A stretch of DNA of 64,000 nt from contig JBNGBT010000001.1 in assembly GCA_049903315.1 (NCBI GenBank), forward strand, positions 64,001-128,000. The letters run 5' to 3'. How positions within the stretch are numbered: the first letter of the stretch is position 1; the number at the start of each line of letters is the position of its first letter. Made by a program: the position numbers and the translations under genes. Under the pieces are notes generated by a model, which made no database searches, was not told where the DNA came from, and saw only the letters and a list, made by a program, of their open reading frames with translations. This document shows positions 61,704 through 64,000 of this stretch, piece after piece. The stretch is from Candidatus Cloacimonadota bacterium (GTDB taxonomy: Bacteria > Cloacimonadota > Cloacimonadia > JGIOTU-2).

Positions 61704-62390
61704 CTAGAGGAGTTTGCGAATGTTTTCTGTGACGATATGACCATCAAAGAGCTGAATGGTCCTGTGACTGTACTCTGCGTCAGAGGGAGAGTGTGTCACC
61801 ATAATAATGGTTGTGCCTTCCTCATTCAATTGCGAGAGAAGATCCATGACTTCTTCTCCGTTTGCAGAGTCCAGGTTACCTGTGGGCTCGTCTGCGAGAA
61901 TCAGGCGGGGATTTGTCACTACTGCGCGCGCAACTGCAACGCGCTGTTGCTGACCACCTGATAACTGCTGAGGAAAGTGGCTTTTACGATGCATGATCTT
62001 CATACGATCAAGCACTTCTTCGACTTTTTTCTTACGAATTGCCGAAGACATTTTGAGATAAAGAAGGGGAAGTTCGACGTTTTCCCAGACAGTGAGTTCA
62101 TCGATCAGATTGAAGCTCTGAAATATGAACCCAATATTGCCTTTTCTAAGATTGGTGCGACTACGTTCTTTGTACCCGGCGACCTCCTCGCCCATGAATT
62201 CATATGTGCCTTCAGAAGGATTGTCCAGTAATCCCAATATGTTGAGAAGTGTGGATTTTCCACATCCTGAAGGTCCCATGATGGCTACGAATTCCCCTTC
62301 TTTTACATCAAGGTTTACCTTGTTGAGTGCTGTTGTTTCGACTTCGTCTGTACGATAGACCTTCATTAGTTCATTTGTTTTGATCATCAT
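61704..62390 (-). CDS. ABC transporter ATP-binding protein (LolD/MacB type)
   Basis: GPSGCGKS, LSGGQQQR, ILADEPTGNLD, VTH. Confidence 0.96.
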   Translation of the reverse strand: MMIKTNELMKVYRTDEVETTALNKVNLDVKEGEFVAIMGPSGCGKSTLLNILGLLDNPSEGTYEFMGEEVAGYKERSRTNLRKGNIGFIFQSFNLIDELTVWENVELPLLYLKMSSAIRKKKVEEVLDRMKIMHRKSHFPQQLSGGQQQRVAVARAVVTNPRLILADEPTGNLDSANGEEVMDLLSQLNEEGTTIIMVTHSPSDAEYSHRTIQLFDGHIVTENIRKLL

Positions 62391-62396
62391 TACTCC

Positions 62397-63662
62397 TTAT
62401 TGATTATCTTTTTTCTTTAAAATTAACACATCGACATCACCAAAGGTTTCGTAGCTGGAAACGATCACCTGTTCCCCTTCTTCGACACCTTCGATAACTT
62501 CATAATATTTAGGATTATATCTATTTAATCTTATATCTCTTTTATATGCTGTGTTGCCTGATTCATCCACCACAAAGATCCATTGACCGCCGGTGCTTTG
62601 ATAGAATCCACCGCGTGGGATAAGAAGTGATTCTTTTGGAGCCCCAAGCTCAAGCTTGATCCTGAAAGTTTGCCCGATACGCATATTATGAGGAAGTCCA
62701 TCTATGAATTCCATATCGATTGAGAATTGCCCATTACGCACCTCGGGGTAGATTTTGGTTACTTCCAATTTATAGGTGTTGTTAGAATATTCAAATTCAC
62801 CGAGAAGACCTCTCTGAACTCTTGAAATATAGTGTTCATCAATTTGGGCATTAATTTTATATGAATCAAGCACATTTATTTGCCCAAGCCTTTGACCTGC
62901 ACCCTTGGATTCACCGATCTCTGCATTTAAAGAAGCGAGCTGTCCATTTACAGGAGCGCGAACATCAAGACTCTCCAGGTTTTTACGGACAAGATTGAGA
63001 TTATCTTCCATTCTACGAACTGATTCCTCAAGCTGGCCTATCTGTACGTCGCGGAAAAGTGAGTCCTGCTTCTGTGATTCGATGAGAAGGTCTTTTTTTG
63101 TCACAAGATATTCATAATACTCTTTTGCATTCTGAAACTCATCTTTAGATCTGAAATTTTGTTTATAAAGTTCTTGAACCTGCTCGTACTCCCTTTTTGC
63201 CTGTATGATCGCATAGTTGATTTCAATAAGCTGACTCTTGAGATCGAGTTTGTTCTGCTCCATGAGAAGGCGTGTGTTTCGCAGGGTATTGATCTGCTCC
63301 GCCAGGCTTGCTTCTCTATTCATGATGCTGAGATGAAGATTTGTATTGCTAAGACGGAGAATTATATCTCCTTCCTTCACCATTGCGCCTTCTTCGATCA
63401 GGATTTCCTCGACCTGCCCGCCTTCAAGGGCGTCAATATACACAGTACGTATTGGCTCCACCGTGCCGGTGTTTGTAATGTAATCCTGGAAATAACCCAT
63501 CTCAACTGAAGCGATAGTGAGACGCTCTTCCTGTACGCGCAGTTTGGAGCTTTTATCTGCGAGAATTATATAGTATAATATCAGCAGAATAAATACTCCT
63601 CCGGCTGCGACCCAAAGAATTTTTTTCAGTGGCCACTTCTTTTTTTCAATTAATCTATCCAT
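62397..63662 (-). CDS. HlyD/MacA-family periplasmic adaptor (membrane fusion protein)
   Basis: MDRLIEKKKW start after GAGG; one TM; GGQVEEILIEEGAMVKEGD lipoyl half, long helical hairpin, VRAPVNG. Confidence 0.92.
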   Translation of the reverse strand: MDRLIEKKKWPLKKILWVAAGGVFILLILYYIILADKSSKLRVQEERLTIASVEMGYFQDYITNTGTVEPIRTVYIDALEGGQVEEILIEEGAMVKEGDIILRLSNTNLHLSIMNREASLAEQINTLRNTRLLMEQNKLDLKSQLIEINYAIIQAKREYEQVQELYKQNFRSKDEFQNAKEYYEYLVTKKDLLIESQKQDSLFRDVQIGQLEESVRRMEDNLNLVRKNLESLDVRAPVNGQLASLNAEIGESKGAGQRLGQINVLDSYKINAQIDEHYISRVQRGLLGEFEYSNNTYKLEVTKIYPEVRNGQFSIDMEFIDGLPHNMRIGQTFRIKLELGAPKESLLIPRGGFYQSTGGQWIFVVDESGNTAYKRDIRLNRYNPKYYEVIEGVEEGEQVIVSSYETFGDVDVLILKKKDNQ

Positions 63663-63689
63663 GTATGCACCTCTCTTGTGTTTTTTCAA

Positions 63690-63706
63690 TGCAGTTTTTG
63701 TGCCAA
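63690..63706 (-). promoter_or_regulatory. Sigma-54 -24/-12 promoter (module copy 1, head of operon)
   Basis: Minus strand TTGGCACAAAAACTGCA = GG-N10-GC. Confidence 0.87.
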
Positions 63707-63769
63707 AAATAAAAAATTCGGCAAATCCTTTATTTGAGAGCGGTTATGTTTTTTGTGCGAATTACAAAC

Positions 63770-63806
63770 TGTCCGCTCGCGAAACACGGGTGTACGATAA
63801 CGTACA
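63770..63806. promoter_or_regulatory. Tandem enhancer-like boxes (module copy 1)
   Basis: tgtccgctcgcgaaaca-cggg-tgtacgataacgtaca. Confidence 0.8.
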
Positions 63807-63904
63807 CTTTTTCACAAATATATTGACACGAAGAATTTGAAAAATACGAAAGAATCTGAGTATATAAACTCATCTTGATACTTTTGATATGAAACTTTGT
63901 CAGT

Positions 63905-63921
63905 TCGGTATGTTATTTGCA
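63905..63921 (+). promoter_or_regulatory. Putative sigma-54 promoter for the divergent regulator
   Basis: TCGGTATGTTATTTGCA = GG-N10-GC with TTGCA, about 30 bp before ATG 63950. Confidence 0.6.
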
Positions 63922-63949
63922 TAAGTAAATAAAAAAGCGGAGTGTGCAT

Positions 63950-64000
63950 ATGAGCCAAAAATTTGGTAAGATACTGGTTGTTGATGATAAAGAAGATATT
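63950..64000 (+). CDS. Response regulator receiver domain, N-terminus only (probably NtrC-family)
   Basis: GGAG RBS; MSQKFGKILVVDDKEDI matches the receiver beta1 ILVVDD motif; NtrC assignment inferred from adjacent sigma-54 sites. Confidence 0.75.
   Translation, partial: MSQKFGKILVVDDKEDI

Noticed and set aside
53..63509. Many short plus-strand ORFs (e.g. 908-1417, 39462-39923, 57419-58060) and nested minus-strand ORFs
   Set aside because: They are antisense or off-frame shadows of well-supported genes. Their mutual similarity only mirrors conserved permease motifs.
1..64000. Integron cassette array
   Set aside because: No integrase seen. Spacers are too short for attC sites, and the junction repeats are pairwise rather than one shared site.
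1..64000. CRISPR array, diversity-generating retroelement or IS element
   Set aside because: No regularly spaced repeat-spacer array, reverse transcriptase or transposase seen. Mismatches in the 187-bp pair are mostly synonymous and not adenine-specific.

Overview
Bacterial DNA, AT-rich. By general impression only, the gene style suggests an FCB-group organism such as Cloacimonadota. Almost the whole window is one minus-strand locus. It starts with a HlyD/MacA-type adaptor and an ABC ATPase, followed by at least 22 tandem, highly diverged ~780-810 aa MacB/FtsX-type duplicated permeases: 20 intact, 1 frameshifted and 1 cut by the left edge. There is also a decayed permease fragment and a second ATPase. 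Exported 'passenger' genes sit between the permeases: two serine beta-lactamase-fold hydrolases, an alpha/beta hydrolase, an ankyrin-MBL-fold fusion and a lipoprotein. A Cys-rich DUF6144-like protein and a 97-aa hypothetical are also present. Three copies of one regulatory module (sigma-54 GG-N10-GC site plus tandem TGT-N11-ACA/TGT-N10-ACA boxes, identical spacing) lie at about 63.7, 28.4 and 9.1 kb. A divergent receiver-domain gene starts at the right edge with its own sigma-54-like site. Near-identical DNA is confined to gene junctions and 3' ends ('...KYE-stop/RBS/MFKNY'), which suggests the array gains, loses and swaps genes by recombination at these junctions.
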